Below are positions 16,114-24,927 of a stretch of 64,000 nucleotides of DNA, one piece after another. The position numbers and the translations under genes are program-made. The notes beneath the pieces are model-generated. The model was not told where the DNA came from and made no database searches. It saw nothing but the letters and a program-made list of their open reading frames with translations. How positions within the stretch are numbered: the stretch's first letter is position 1; each line of letters starts with the position of its first letter. The stretch is taken from the NCBI GenBank assembly GCA_036383955.1, contig DASVNH010000224.1, positions 1,008 to 65,007 of the forward strand. Reading direction: 5' to 3'. The stretch is from Planctomycetota bacterium. GTDB lineage: Bacteria > Planctomycetota > MHYJ01 > JACPRB01.

Positions 16114-18090
16114 TTAAGGCCGAGACCGATACTCGACCCAGGCCGTTTCGACCCCGGAGCCGGTGGGGATCGACCAGGAAGCGTCCTCTTCCGTTCCCGC
16201 CGCGTAGGTCCGGCTGGCGGTCTTGAGCGCCCCGCCTTTCCCTTCCCGCCAGGCAAAGGTCACCTCGGTGGAGGAGGCCGAGGCCGTGCGATAGGCCAGG
16301 TGCATCTCGGCGCGGAGATACGGCCGCTTTCCGTCGTTGCGAAACCGGACCCGGACCGGCCCTGAAACCGCGGCGATCGGCGCGTCCGCGGAGCACAACG
16401 CCTGGCTCCAGAAGTCCGCCGGCTCCTCTCCGCGCCGCGCGATCCGCCAGTCCTTCACCACGGGCGACCAGCTTTTCCCGCCGTCCGTCGAAGACTCGAT
16501 CTGATAGGCGCAGTCCGCCGGAGGATTCCCCGAGACTACGTGGGCCGCCGCGTACACGTGGACCGCGGTCCGGCCGCCGGGCGCCGCCAGCTCCATCGTC
16601 ACCGTCGGACTCTGGAAGGCCCCCTCCACGATCCGCGCCTTGGCCAGCGGCATCGTCGGCCCCGCCGACACGTTCGCCAGCCCGCTCGCCGCGAACGTCA
16701 CCTTCGTCCCGCCGTCCTTCAAATGCGGGACCAGGGTGGGACTGGTCTGACAGACCGTCCTCATCGACAGCCCCGCGCCGGCCAGCGCCGAAGCCGGCGC
16801 GCCCAGCTTCAGGAAGTACTGCGCGTGCCCCTTCACCGCGTCCGTGAGATCCAGGCCGTCGCGCGCCTCGCGCGGGGCCGTCCAGGTCGCCCCCCGGTCC
16901 ACGCTGACTTGCGCCGGACACGTCATCGACCCCCTCAGCACCAGCCCGTTCGTCGCTCCGTCCTCGTAGATGCTCCATGGCGCGGGCTTGCCGTCCTTCT
17001 CCACGAAACGCGGGGGCGTGCAGCCTATGATGTAGGGCGTCGAGAACTCGAACGTCACGTGCGCGTCGGACTCGTCGACGACCCCCGCCTTGTAGGAGCC
17101 GTCCTTGAAGTCCGGGACGTAGGTGTAGGCCGCGTTGCCGTACCGGAAGTAGCCCAGCCGGGTGCCCGTATCGGACGTCGAGCCATGCATCTTGTCCGGC
17201 TGCAGCGCCCACGTGCGGTCGCGCGCCGGCCCGGGGATGGGCTCCGGATCCGACGCGGCTTTCGACATGTAGTTCATGCCCCAGTAGACCCAGGTCTTGC
17301 CGTCCTCGAGGCCCGGCTTCAGATAGCGGCGGAGCGACTCCCCCGGCCGCGGGTTCAGGCGTGGCGGCGGGCCGGCGTACCCGAACTGGTGGGCGCTGCC
17401 GTGGTGACTCACGTAGACCTTGGGGTCGTCGCGGTGGAGGCCGCCGACGAACCAGCCTCTCTGCCGCTCGGGCTTGAATCTCCCGTCCGCGTACTTCTTG
17501 AGGTCCTGGCTGATCTCCTTGATCGACAGCAGACGGCTGCCGTCCTCGTGGAAGACCACCGTGGAGGTGTCGTGGTCGAGCAGCGCCCAGCGGCCGGCCC
17601 CGTACGCGCCGCCCGTGAGGAAGACCTCGAAGCTCGTATGGCCAGGCACGAAGGCGGCCCGGGCGCGGCCGTGGCCCAGCAGCTTCTCCATCTCGCCCAC
17701 CCACTGCGCATGCGTGGTGAAGCAGAGCCCCTGGCCGAACGCGTGGAGGCCGGTCCAGTACTCGCGGTTGACGTCCGACTCCTTCATCCCCTTGCCCCAG
17801 CAGTCCTGATTTCCCTCGGTCGTATGCGCGTAATTGAGGTTCCGCCAGTACCAGCTCGCCAGGGCCTTGTCTTCGTCGCTCTCCACGCTTCGGCCGGTGA
17901 CCCGCTTGTAAAGGGCCGCCTGGGTCTTAAAGAGCCGCTCGAAGGTCGACGCCGAAAGCTCGCCGGGAAACCAGGGATGGTCGGTGGCGACCTGGGGATC
18001 GCCGCCTTGGGCCAGCATCAGGAACGCCGTCAGGGTGATCACGCGAATCCTCCTCGGTAGCTGGACGCCGCCCGTCTCTCCGGCTTCCAT
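16114..18090 (-). CDS. hypothetical secreted protein (658 aa)
   Basis: ATG at 18090 preceded by GGGGGAG, then a signal-like RRIRVITLTAFLMLAQG. The track ORF starts at an upstream TTG (18132). No family recognised. Confidence 0.6.
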   Translation of the reverse strand: MEAGETGGVQLPRRIRVITLTAFLMLAQGGDPQVATDHPWFPGELSASTFERLFKTQAALYKRVTGRSVESDEDKALASWYWRNLNYAHTTEGNQDCWGKGMKESDVNREYWTGLHAFGQGLCFTTHAQWVGEMEKLLGHGRARAAFVPGHTSFEVFLTGGAYGAGRWALLDHDTSTVVFHEDGSRLLSIKEISQDLKKYADGRFKPERQRGWFVGGLHRDDPKVYVSHHGSAHQFGYAGPPPRLNPRPGESLRRYLKPGLEDGKTWVYWGMNYMSKAASDPEPIPGPARDRTWALQPDKMHGSTSDTGTRLGYFRYGNAAYTYVPDFKDGSYKAGVVDESDAHVTFEFSTPYIIGCTPPRFVEKDGKPAPWSIYEDGATNGLVLRGSMTCPAQVSVDRGATWTAPREARDGLDLTDAVKGHAQYFLKLGAPASALAGAGLSMRTVCQTSPTLVPHLKDGGTKVTFAASGLANVSAGPTMPLAKARIVEGAFQSPTVTMELAAPGGRTAVHVYAAAHVVSGNPPADCAYQIESSTDGGKSWSPVVKDWRIARRGEEPADFWSQALCSADAPIAAVSGPVRVRFRNDGKRPYLRAEMHLAYRTASASSTEVTFAWREGKGGALKTASRTYAAGTEEDASWSIPTGSGVETAWVEYRSRP

Positions 18091-18221
18091 AACGCTCCCC
18101 CGAGGATCCGTGTCTTGCCTCGCGAAAGACAAGTGGGTTGTCTAATTGTAAAATGGCCGGCTTCGGCGAGGATGCCCCGCGCGACCCGCGAGAAGCCCCA
18201 GCACCGCCCGGAAGCGCGGCA

Positions 18222-20585
18222 TCAGCGGAGGTCGCGCAATTCGACGTCCCCCGTGGCGCCCTCGATCTTCCGGAGGAGCTCCCGCGCCTGCTCGATCAGC
18301 GGCTTGAGGTTCTTGGCCTCGCGGTGGGCCAGAAGGTCCTTCTCGAGCTGGCGGAGCCGGGGCAGCATCGGCTTGGCCGCCGCGCCGTAGGCCTCCAGAG
18401 ACTTGAGGGCCCCCTTGATCCGGTCCTGCTTCCCCCAGCGATCGATCTCCAGGATGTCGAGGCAGAGCGGAATTCCCTCGCGGATGCGGTGCTTGGACAG
18501 GACGTCGAGCCCCGCCAGCCGCACTCCGTCGGCGAACATCTCCCCGCTCGGCGCCGGCTCCACGATGGCCTGATGGATGGCCGGCAGGAGCGGCTTGATT
18601 TCCTCGAAGCTCAGGCGGCTGAACAGGACGCCCAAGCTGCCTCGCGCCCGGCCGTCCTCGTTCTGAAGCCCCGCCCGCACCGCCTCGCGGAGGAGGTCGC
18701 GGTCGACCCCCTCCATCGCCCCCTTGAGCAGGCCACCCCGGCGGTCGAAGAGCGCGAAGCAGAGAAAGCGCTGCTCCATGCCGCGGGGATCCTCCGGAGT
18801 CGGGGCCCGGGCGATCTTTCGCAGCAGGTCCGGCAGCGCCGCCATCGCCGCCGGGCCGATCGCGGCCAGCGCCTCGGCGGCCTGGACCCGCAACCAGAGG
18901 TCCGGGTGGTTCAGCGACTCCCGAAGCGCCGGCACGGCGGCAGCGGCGGCGGCCTTGAACTCCGCCAGGGCCGCGCAGGCCCCGAGGCCGGACTCGACGC
19001 GGGAGGATCGCAGCATCTCGATCAGGGCCGGGAGGACGTCGCTCTTGCGCCGCGCCAGCGCCATCGCGGCCCGCTCCCGCACGATCGGTGACCAGCTCCC
19101 CAGCCGATGGAGAAGCTCCTTCTCCTCGAGGCGGTCGTAGGCGCCGTGGCGGTCCTTGTTGCTCCAGCCGCGGCCGTCGGCGATCAGGGCGTCGACGGCC
19201 GACGTTTCCAGGGCGGGCAGCAGGCCCGGGCGTTTGCCCGTCAGGACGGTCTTCTTGAGCGGCTGCGCGTAGGCCAGTAGGAAGGCCCCGGTCGCGTCCC
19301 AGCCGGCATAGCTGTCCCGGTCCGGTTCGGGCGGGCCCTGGTGGACGAAGGTCCCGTCCCAGCGCCGCGCCAGGTCGAAGGACCATGCGCCGAACTCCTC
19401 CATCCACGCCCCGGAGGCCCGCGGGCCCTGGAGCGCCAGGGCCGGCATCGCCCAGAGCATGTTGAAGAAATTCCCCGTGTGGCCGCCGTCGCGTTCCGCC
19501 CCGTGCGAAGCGAGGCTCATGCGGGCGAAGAACGCGGCGGGCCCGGCCTCCCCGACGAGATTGAAGAGGACGGCGCCCATCCCGCACTTGCCGTTGTCCT
19601 CGTGCGTCTCCGTCCAGGGCGCGTGGTCGCCGTAGGGAATCGCCCCCTTCCCCATGTAGAAGCGCAGGAGCCGCAGGCTCCGCTCGACCGCCCGCTGAAC
19701 TTCCGGGTCCTTCACGCCGGCGTTGCGCGCCATCACCAGACCGATCGTGAGCGGCAGCCCCGGGGCGTTCATCATGCCGTAGCCGTTGAGCCGTCCGTCC
19801 GGGCGCGCGAAGGTATGCCCCCAGGAGCCGACCGCGCTCTGGCCCTCCGCCGATTCCCGGGCGAGGCGGCGCAGCCCCGGCCGCGCCGATTCGTCTCCGG
19901 TCGCCTCCGCGTACTCGGCGATCAGCATCATCACGTAGCCGTAGGACCAGGTCTTGAAATCGGCGGTCGAGAACTCCGCCGCCCATCGCGCCTCCCGCTG
20001 GACGAGGGGCAGGTGGGCGGGATCGCCGCCCGCCAGCAGCGCCAGCGCGTTCAGCGAGCGAGGGATGGGGTGGGGCTTGTAGGAGGGCTCGGACATCCTC
20101 CGCGCCAGCGCGCGGCAGCCTTGCTCGAGGATGCGGCGGGACTTCGGGCAGTCGTAGGGCGCGACGGCCCCGTACGCGCCGAGAACGGGCAGCGTCAGGA
20201 CGACCTCCTCCGTCCGCCCGGCGCGCCATCGGGACAGGAGGAGCCTGCCGCCCTCCGCCTCCGCCCGGGTCAGCGCCCGGCCCAGCTCGGTGCGTGGATC
20301 GAAGGCGAAAGGCTTGCCGCCGACGCCGAGAAGCACGTCGCCCGGCGCGAGGATCCCTTCGGCCGGGGACCCCTGGTCCACCTTGGTGACGGCGATCTGG
20401 CGGGCGTCGGTCGTGCAGAGCTTGTCGCTGTGCATCCACCCGCGGGCCCCGGTGGCGCCGAGATTCCAGTCGTGGTCCGCCCCCTCGGGGATCCGGCCGC
20501 CCTTCGTGAAGTCGGGATTGGGCAGCGCCTTTCCCTGGGCGGCGGCCAGGGACGCGAGGAACAGCAGGACGACCGTGGCGCTCAT
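18222..20585 (-). CDS. secreted PDZ-domain / alpha-toroid / HEAT-repeat protein
   Basis: Start ATG 20585 (MSATVVLLFLASLAAAQG) overlaps the upstream stop as ATGA. It has a PDZ-like block (VTKVDQGSPAEGILAPGDVLLGVGG) and C-terminal HEAT-like repeats (ALAEFKAAAAAAVPALRESLNHPDLWLRVQAAEALAAIG). Confidence 0.7.
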   Translation of the reverse strand: MSATVVLLFLASLAAAQGKALPNPDFTKGGRIPEGADHDWNLGATGARGWMHSDKLCTTDARQIAVTKVDQGSPAEGILAPGDVLLGVGGKPFAFDPRTELGRALTRAEAEGGRLLLSRWRAGRTEEVVLTLPVLGAYGAVAPYDCPKSRRILEQGCRALARRMSEPSYKPHPIPRSLNALALLAGGDPAHLPLVQREARWAAEFSTADFKTWSYGYVMMLIAEYAEATGDESARPGLRRLARESAEGQSAVGSWGHTFARPDGRLNGYGMMNAPGLPLTIGLVMARNAGVKDPEVQRAVERSLRLLRFYMGKGAIPYGDHAPWTETHEDNGKCGMGAVLFNLVGEAGPAAFFARMSLASHGAERDGGHTGNFFNMLWAMPALALQGPRASGAWMEEFGAWSFDLARRWDGTFVHQGPPEPDRDSYAGWDATGAFLLAYAQPLKKTVLTGKRPGLLPALETSAVDALIADGRGWSNKDRHGAYDRLEEKELLHRLGSWSPIVRERAAMALARRKSDVLPALIEMLRSSRVESGLGACAALAEFKAAAAAAVPALRESLNHPDLWLRVQAAEALAAIGPAAMAALPDLLRKIARAPTPEDPRGMEQRFLCFALFDRRGGLLKGAMEGVDRDLLREAVRAGLQNEDGRARGSLGVLFSRLSFEEIKPLLPAIHQAIVEPAPSGEMFADGVRLAGLDVLSKHRIREGIPLCLDILEIDRWGKQDRIKGALKSLEAYGAAAKPMLPRLRQLEKDLLAHREAKNLKPLIEQARELLRKIEGATGDVELRDLR

Positions 20586-22495
20586 CGACCTTCCTCCGCC
20601 AAAGCTGATGCCTTCCGCTTCTCCCAAGCCGCCTTCTCGGCCGCGAGCTTCGGCTGGAGTTCCGCCAGCGTCGCTTCGGCTTCCCTGACCCGGCGCTCCA
20701 GGTCGATGAGCTCCAGCTCCTTCATGAGCAGGCCGCGCAGACGTCGGTCGTCGCCGCCCGGAAAGCGGGTCGGCGTCTCCTCCAGCACCCAGTCGTCGCT
20801 CCGCTGGGCAGGCAGCGGGATCTGGCGCGGGCTCACGAGGTTGGCCATCGGGTTGCGCGCCCAGGCGTAGCGATAGTGGACGGGCTGGGGAACCCGCGGG
20901 CTCGACAGCACGAGCACGTTCTTCTTCAAGATCGGTTGCTTCTTGGCGTCGACCCCGTCGCTGTGGTAGCGGACGACCGCCGGGTGGAAGCGGCGGTCCT
21001 CGCCCGCGATCGCGAAACCGCGCATTTCATCGTCGGAATCGTCCTTCATCCGGATCTCCGTGCTCATCGTCAGCCGGAGCGTGCCGTCGACCCGCTTCAC
21101 GTCGCGGATCATCGGGGGCAGCCAATGCTCCTCCTTCAGGAGGCCGTACTGCGTGGCGAGGGCCCACTTCGCGGCCCGCTCCCCCGCGGGGATCTTGATC
21201 TGCGGGTGATAGAAGCTCTTCCGGAGGTCGAAGGAGCTCACGTAACCGACGGCAGCGTCCCCGGCGTCGCGGAGGTCCCGGAAGGTCCGGTGATGCGCCT
21301 CCCGGATGAAGGTGCCGGCGTCGTACATCGGCTTCGCGAAGTTCTCCCAGGTCTGCGGCTCGCCGGCCGTGCAGAGGGAGATGATGCAGAAGGGCATCTT
21401 GGGGTCGCCGAACGCGGCCCGCCAGGCGGCGATCGTCTTCGCGAAGACCTGGTAGTACATCCGGGCCCCGGCGGAGCCGTCGAAGCAGTTGTTGAAGCCC
21501 TGGTGCCACACCGCTCCCTTGATCGCGAGTCCCTCCAGGGGCCGGATCACCCCGGCGTAGCAGAAGCCGGGACGGTTCCGGTCGGCCGCGGGGCCCGGGA
21601 GAAGCTCGCTTGGAGGCTTGCTGTCCTTCCCCTGCTTGGCCCGGTCCTGCTCGTATTTCGCGATCCGACGCTTCAGGTCTTCCTGAGGATCGTAGGCGGC
21701 GATCTTCTCGTCCCAGGCCTTGACCTTGTCCTTCGTCTCGCGTCCTTCGATCCGGCGGATCACCTCCTCCGGCGTCCAGGTCTCCACCGTCGTCCCGCCG
21801 ATCGACCCGTCGATCAGGCCGATGGGAACCTGGGTCGCCATGTGGAGGCGACGGCCGAAGACGTAGCCGATCGCGGAGAACTCCTGGACGGTCCGCGGCG
21901 TGCAGGCCTCCCAGTCTCCCTTGCGGAAATGCCGGTTCGACCAGTCGCTCCACTCCTGGAGCCGCTCGAAGCTCCGGACCGAGGCGAAGCCCTTGCCCTG
22001 AGGCAGCGTCAGCAGGCGGATCTCCGGGAAGTTCGCCGACGCGATCTCCAGCGGCCCCTCGTCCGTGTTGGCGATGGGCCACTCCATGTTGCTCTGCCCG
22101 CCCAGCAGCCAGACGTCGCCGACCAGGACATCCTCCAGGACCAGCGTCCGGCTCCCTCCCTTGATCTCCATCGCGCGCGGCATCCGCTCGGCCGGCAGGG
22201 GCTCCAGGACCGCCTTCCAAGCCCGGTCGGGGCCGGCGACGGCGGTCGACGTCCGCCCGCCGAACGACACGCTCACCCGCTCTCCCGGATCGGCCCAGCC
22301 CCAGACGGCCGCGGGCTTGTCCCGCTGCAGGACCATGTGGCTCTGGAAGAGGTTGCTGACCGAGAGGCCGTCGCCGATCGCGGGGACGTCGACGACGTCC
22401 TCCGGCGGCAGCTTCTTCTTCCCGTCCTGGGCGTCGAGGGGGCCGTGGCAGAGCAGCCCCAGAAGGAGCCCCGCCGTCATCCATTCGCGCATCAT
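20582..22495 (-). CDS. sialate O-acetylesterase-like (SASA/DUF303, SGNH) protein
   Basis: 637 aa with a signal peptide and the GGQSNMEW catalytic-serine block typical of the SASA family. The tail is a C-terminal coiled coil. Confidence 0.8.
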   Translation of the reverse strand: MMREWMTAGLLLGLLCHGPLDAQDGKKKLPPEDVVDVPAIGDGLSVSNLFQSHMVLQRDKPAAVWGWADPGERVSVSFGGRTSTAVAGPDRAWKAVLEPLPAERMPRAMEIKGGSRTLVLEDVLVGDVWLLGGQSNMEWPIANTDEGPLEIASANFPEIRLLTLPQGKGFASVRSFERLQEWSDWSNRHFRKGDWEACTPRTVQEFSAIGYVFGRRLHMATQVPIGLIDGSIGGTTVETWTPEEVIRRIEGRETKDKVKAWDEKIAAYDPQEDLKRRIAKYEQDRAKQGKDSKPPSELLPGPAADRNRPGFCYAGVIRPLEGLAIKGAVWHQGFNNCFDGSAGARMYYQVFAKTIAAWRAAFGDPKMPFCIISLCTAGEPQTWENFAKPMYDAGTFIREAHHRTFRDLRDAGDAAVGYVSSFDLRKSFYHPQIKIPAGERAAKWALATQYGLLKEEHWLPPMIRDVKRVDGTLRLTMSTEIRMKDDSDDEMRGFAIAGEDRRFHPAVVRYHSDGVDAKKQPILKKNVLVLSSPRVPQPVHYRYAWARNPMANLVSPRQIPLPAQRSDDWVLEETPTRFPGGDDRRLRGLLMKELELIDLERRVREAEATLAELQPKLAAEKAAWEKRKASALAEEGR

Positions 22496-22640
22496 TTCGA
22501 TTCCTTCCCGTCGCCTCTAAGTGTAATCGCCACCTCTCTAACACCGGCCCTCCTTGCGCGAAAACGCCAGAGTCTTCGCGTTTTGCGCCGGGCCTCCCCG
22601 GGGGAGGCTCGGGCGGTGTCTCACCCTATGGAGGCCAACC

Positions 22641-23753
22641 ATGCGGATCCTCGCGACCTTGCTGCTCCTCGTCCCCCCCGCCGACCCGCGGCCCCGCCTG
22701 CAGATCCTCAACGGCTCCCGGCAGGCCGTCGACGTCTTCTGGCTCAAGTCCGAGACCGAGCGCGTCCCGAACGGGTCCGTCGCGCCCGGCAAGGACCTGA
22801 TCCTGACCACGACGATCGGCCACCGCTTCGCGGTCGTGGGCCGCGACGACGGAGCGGAGGCGAGGGTCGAGAGCAGCGTTCTCGTGCAGGGATTCCGTTT
22901 CGACCCGGCCGGGAAGGACGGCGTGCCGGTTTTCTATGCGCAGCGCCTCGACGCCGGAGGCTTTCCGATCGTCGCCTCGAGGAAAGTGAACCCCTACGCC
23001 CTCAAGGAGGCCGCCCATCTCCTCGATCTCATGTTCGCCCATCGTCCCGACCTCCGGGCGGCCATGATCCGGAGCGGGGCCCGGCTCTGCCTGATCGGGC
23101 ACGACGAGTTCACCACCGATCTCCCCGAGTTTGCCCGGCTCGCGGAGGGCAAAGTCCCCGATAGCGCCGTGAAGGAGGTGTCCGCCCGGGACTACTGGGA
23201 TGCGCGGGCCCGCGGCACGGGCGGCAGCGAGACCGACCCCTACATCACCTGCGCCGAGGAGAACGTCCTGGGCTACCCCGGGGATCCCTATGCCGCCGAA
23301 TGCATCCTCATCCACGAGTTCGCCCACGGCATCCATCTCCGCGGGCTGGTGAACGTCGACCCCGGCTTCGACGCCCGCCTCAAGGCCGCGTACGAGGCCG
23401 CCCTGAAGGCGGGCCTGTGGAAGGGGAAGTACGCGTCGGTCAACCACCACGAGTACTTCGCCGAGGGAGTGCAATCCTGGTTCGACGACAACCGCGAGAA
23501 CGATCACGACCACAACCACGTGAACACGCGGAAGGAGCTCGTCGAGTACGACCCGGGCCTGGCCGCCCTCTGCCGGGAGGTCTTCGGGGACACCGTCCTC
23601 GTCTACACCAAGCCCGCCAAGCGGCTGGCCGGCCACCTGGCGGGCTACGACCCTGCCCGGGCGCCGACCTTCCGCTGGCCCGACCGCCTCCAGGGCGCCC
23701 GCGAGAAGATTCGCGAGGCGGCGCGGCGCCGGTCGGACGGGGCGTCGAAATGA
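22641..23753 (+). CDS. putative secreted zinc metallopeptidase (HExxH)
   Basis: ATG 22641 after a GGAGG, with signal peptide MRILATLLLLVPP. HEFAHGIH plus a downstream EYFAEGVQSWF resembles gluzincin/M90-like spacing. The family is not firmly assigned. Confidence 0.6.
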   Translation: MRILATLLLLVPPADPRPRLQILNGSRQAVDVFWLKSETERVPNGSVAPGKDLILTTTIGHRFAVVGRDDGAEARVESSVLVQGFRFDPAGKDGVPVFYAQRLDAGGFPIVASRKVNPYALKEAAHLLDLMFAHRPDLRAAMIRSGARLCLIGHDEFTTDLPEFARLAEGKVPDSAVKEVSARDYWDARARGTGGSETDPYITCAEENVLGYPGDPYAAECILIHEFAHGIHLRGLVNVDPGFDARLKAAYEAALKAGLWKGKYASVNHHEYFAEGVQSWFDDNRENDHDHNHVNTRKELVEYDPGLAALCREVFGDTVLVYTKPAKRLAGHLAGYDPARAPTFRWPDRLQGAREKIREAARRRSDGASK

Positions 23754-23760
23754 CTCCCGC

Positions 23761-24861
23761 TCAGTTCCCCGAGGCCAGGAGCTTCGCCATGGCCCGTCCC
23801 ATCGCCTCGCCGACGTCCATGTAGGTCTCGGCGTTCCCGTTGTAGTGGCTGTTGCCGCTGCCGCCGCGGGAGAGGGGGTTGGAATAGACGGTGGCCACGT
23901 TGCCCTTGAACTCCGGGTGCTTGCCGGCGATCCCGTCGACGGCCAGCTGGGCCTCGAGCACCCGGCCCCCGCTGCCTCCGACCCCTTTCTTCGCTTCGCC
24001 CAGGGTGGCGAGCACGAACTTGGCTTTCGGCGCGTTGAAGTCCTTGCGCAGCTGCGGAATCAGGCGCGCGAGGTTGCGCTCGTAGTTGTCCGCGTGGGCG
24101 GACCCGAAGAGCTTGTCGTTGTAGGTGTCCTTCTCTCCCTGCCACCAGAAGAAGCCCGCGACCTCGAAGGTCTTGGCCCCCGGGTAGTATTTGCCGAGCT
24201 CCGCGAGCACCTTCTTCGCGTTCTCCACGTCGTCGTCGTACTGCTTGCCGGCATACCAGGCGCCCTCCGGCTTTCGCCCGTCGCCTTTGGGATTCTCGGG
24301 GGTCCCGCGGTAGCCGGGCACCGTCTTTCCCTGGTGCTCATAGGGTTCGCTGCCCGGGGGCAGCAGGTCCCAGCCGAGACTGCGATTGCCGATGCAGCTC
24401 TTGAGAAGGAGCACCGGCGCCTCGACGGCCTGCCCCAGGACGTGGCCGATCCCGTGTTCGGGGCCGAGATGCTTGCCCGTGACCGTCATCCACTCGTTGT
24501 TGAAGAGCTGCATCCCTCCCTTGCCCACCATCACGCGGACGTTCCGGACGTCCTTGCGCTCGGTCCACTTGCCCGCGTCGTCGATCAGATAGGGGTACAG
24601 GCCCTTCGTCCGGACGGCGTGCTCCAGCGTGCCGTCCTTGCCGTCCGGGCCGACGTTGCCGAGCCCCACCATGTTCGACTGGCCCATCAGGATGAAGACC
24701 TGGACGGGCCGGCTCAGGTCGGCGTCCTTGCCGTCCGGGCGTGGAAGCTTGTCCGGGACCTCCTGGGCTCCGCCCCCCTGAGAGGCGGCGGAGAAGAGCA
24801 GGACGGCGGCGACGACGCGCGAAAGCGGGAAGACGGGCGACATGGCGGTCTCCTGAGGCAA
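23761..24861 (-). CDS. SASA/DUF303-type carbohydrate esterase
   Basis: 366 aa with a signal peptide, the GQSNMVG block, and WWQGEKD similar to the WHQGE block of SASA esterases. Confidence 0.7.
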   Translation of the reverse strand: MPQETAMSPVFPLSRVVAAVLLFSAASQGGGAQEVPDKLPRPDGKDADLSRPVQVFILMGQSNMVGLGNVGPDGKDGTLEHAVRTKGLYPYLIDDAGKWTERKDVRNVRVMVGKGGMQLFNNEWMTVTGKHLGPEHGIGHVLGQAVEAPVLLLKSCIGNRSLGWDLLPPGSEPYEHQGKTVPGYRGTPENPKGDGRKPEGAWYAGKQYDDDVENAKKVLAELGKYYPGAKTFEVAGFFWWQGEKDTYNDKLFGSAHADNYERNLARLIPQLRKDFNAPKAKFVLATLGEAKKGVGGSGGRVLEAQLAVDGIAGKHPEFKGNVATVYSNPLSRGGSGNSHYNGNAETYMDVGEAMGRAMAKLLASGN

Positions 24862-24927
24862 CCCGCCCGTTATACGGGGAGCACCTCGCCATTTCGCGCC
24901 AATCAGCTTCCCTTTCGCGCCACTCCT

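Noticed and set aside
16004-17704. Long alternative-frame or antisense ORFs throughout the high-G+C parts. Examples: 16004..17704, 18142..20439, 24338..26995, 23845..26487, 58658..63862, 10043..11932, 10204..12138, 55127..56512, 56857..58584, 57036..58721.
   Set aside because: Their translations are dominated by Arg/Pro/Gly/Ala runs with no motifs. They overlap ORFs that have clear family signatures on the other strand or frame. This is typical stop-codon depletion in roughly 70% G+C DNA.
18091-18221. AGACAA-GTGGG-TTGTCT inverted repeat and an AT-rich TAATTGTAAAAT patch upstream of the 658-aa gene, as a fourth member of the sulfatase palindrome family.
   Set aside because: Only a TTGTAA half-site is shared, and the 6-bp arms are short enough to arise by chance. 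Not reported as a finding.
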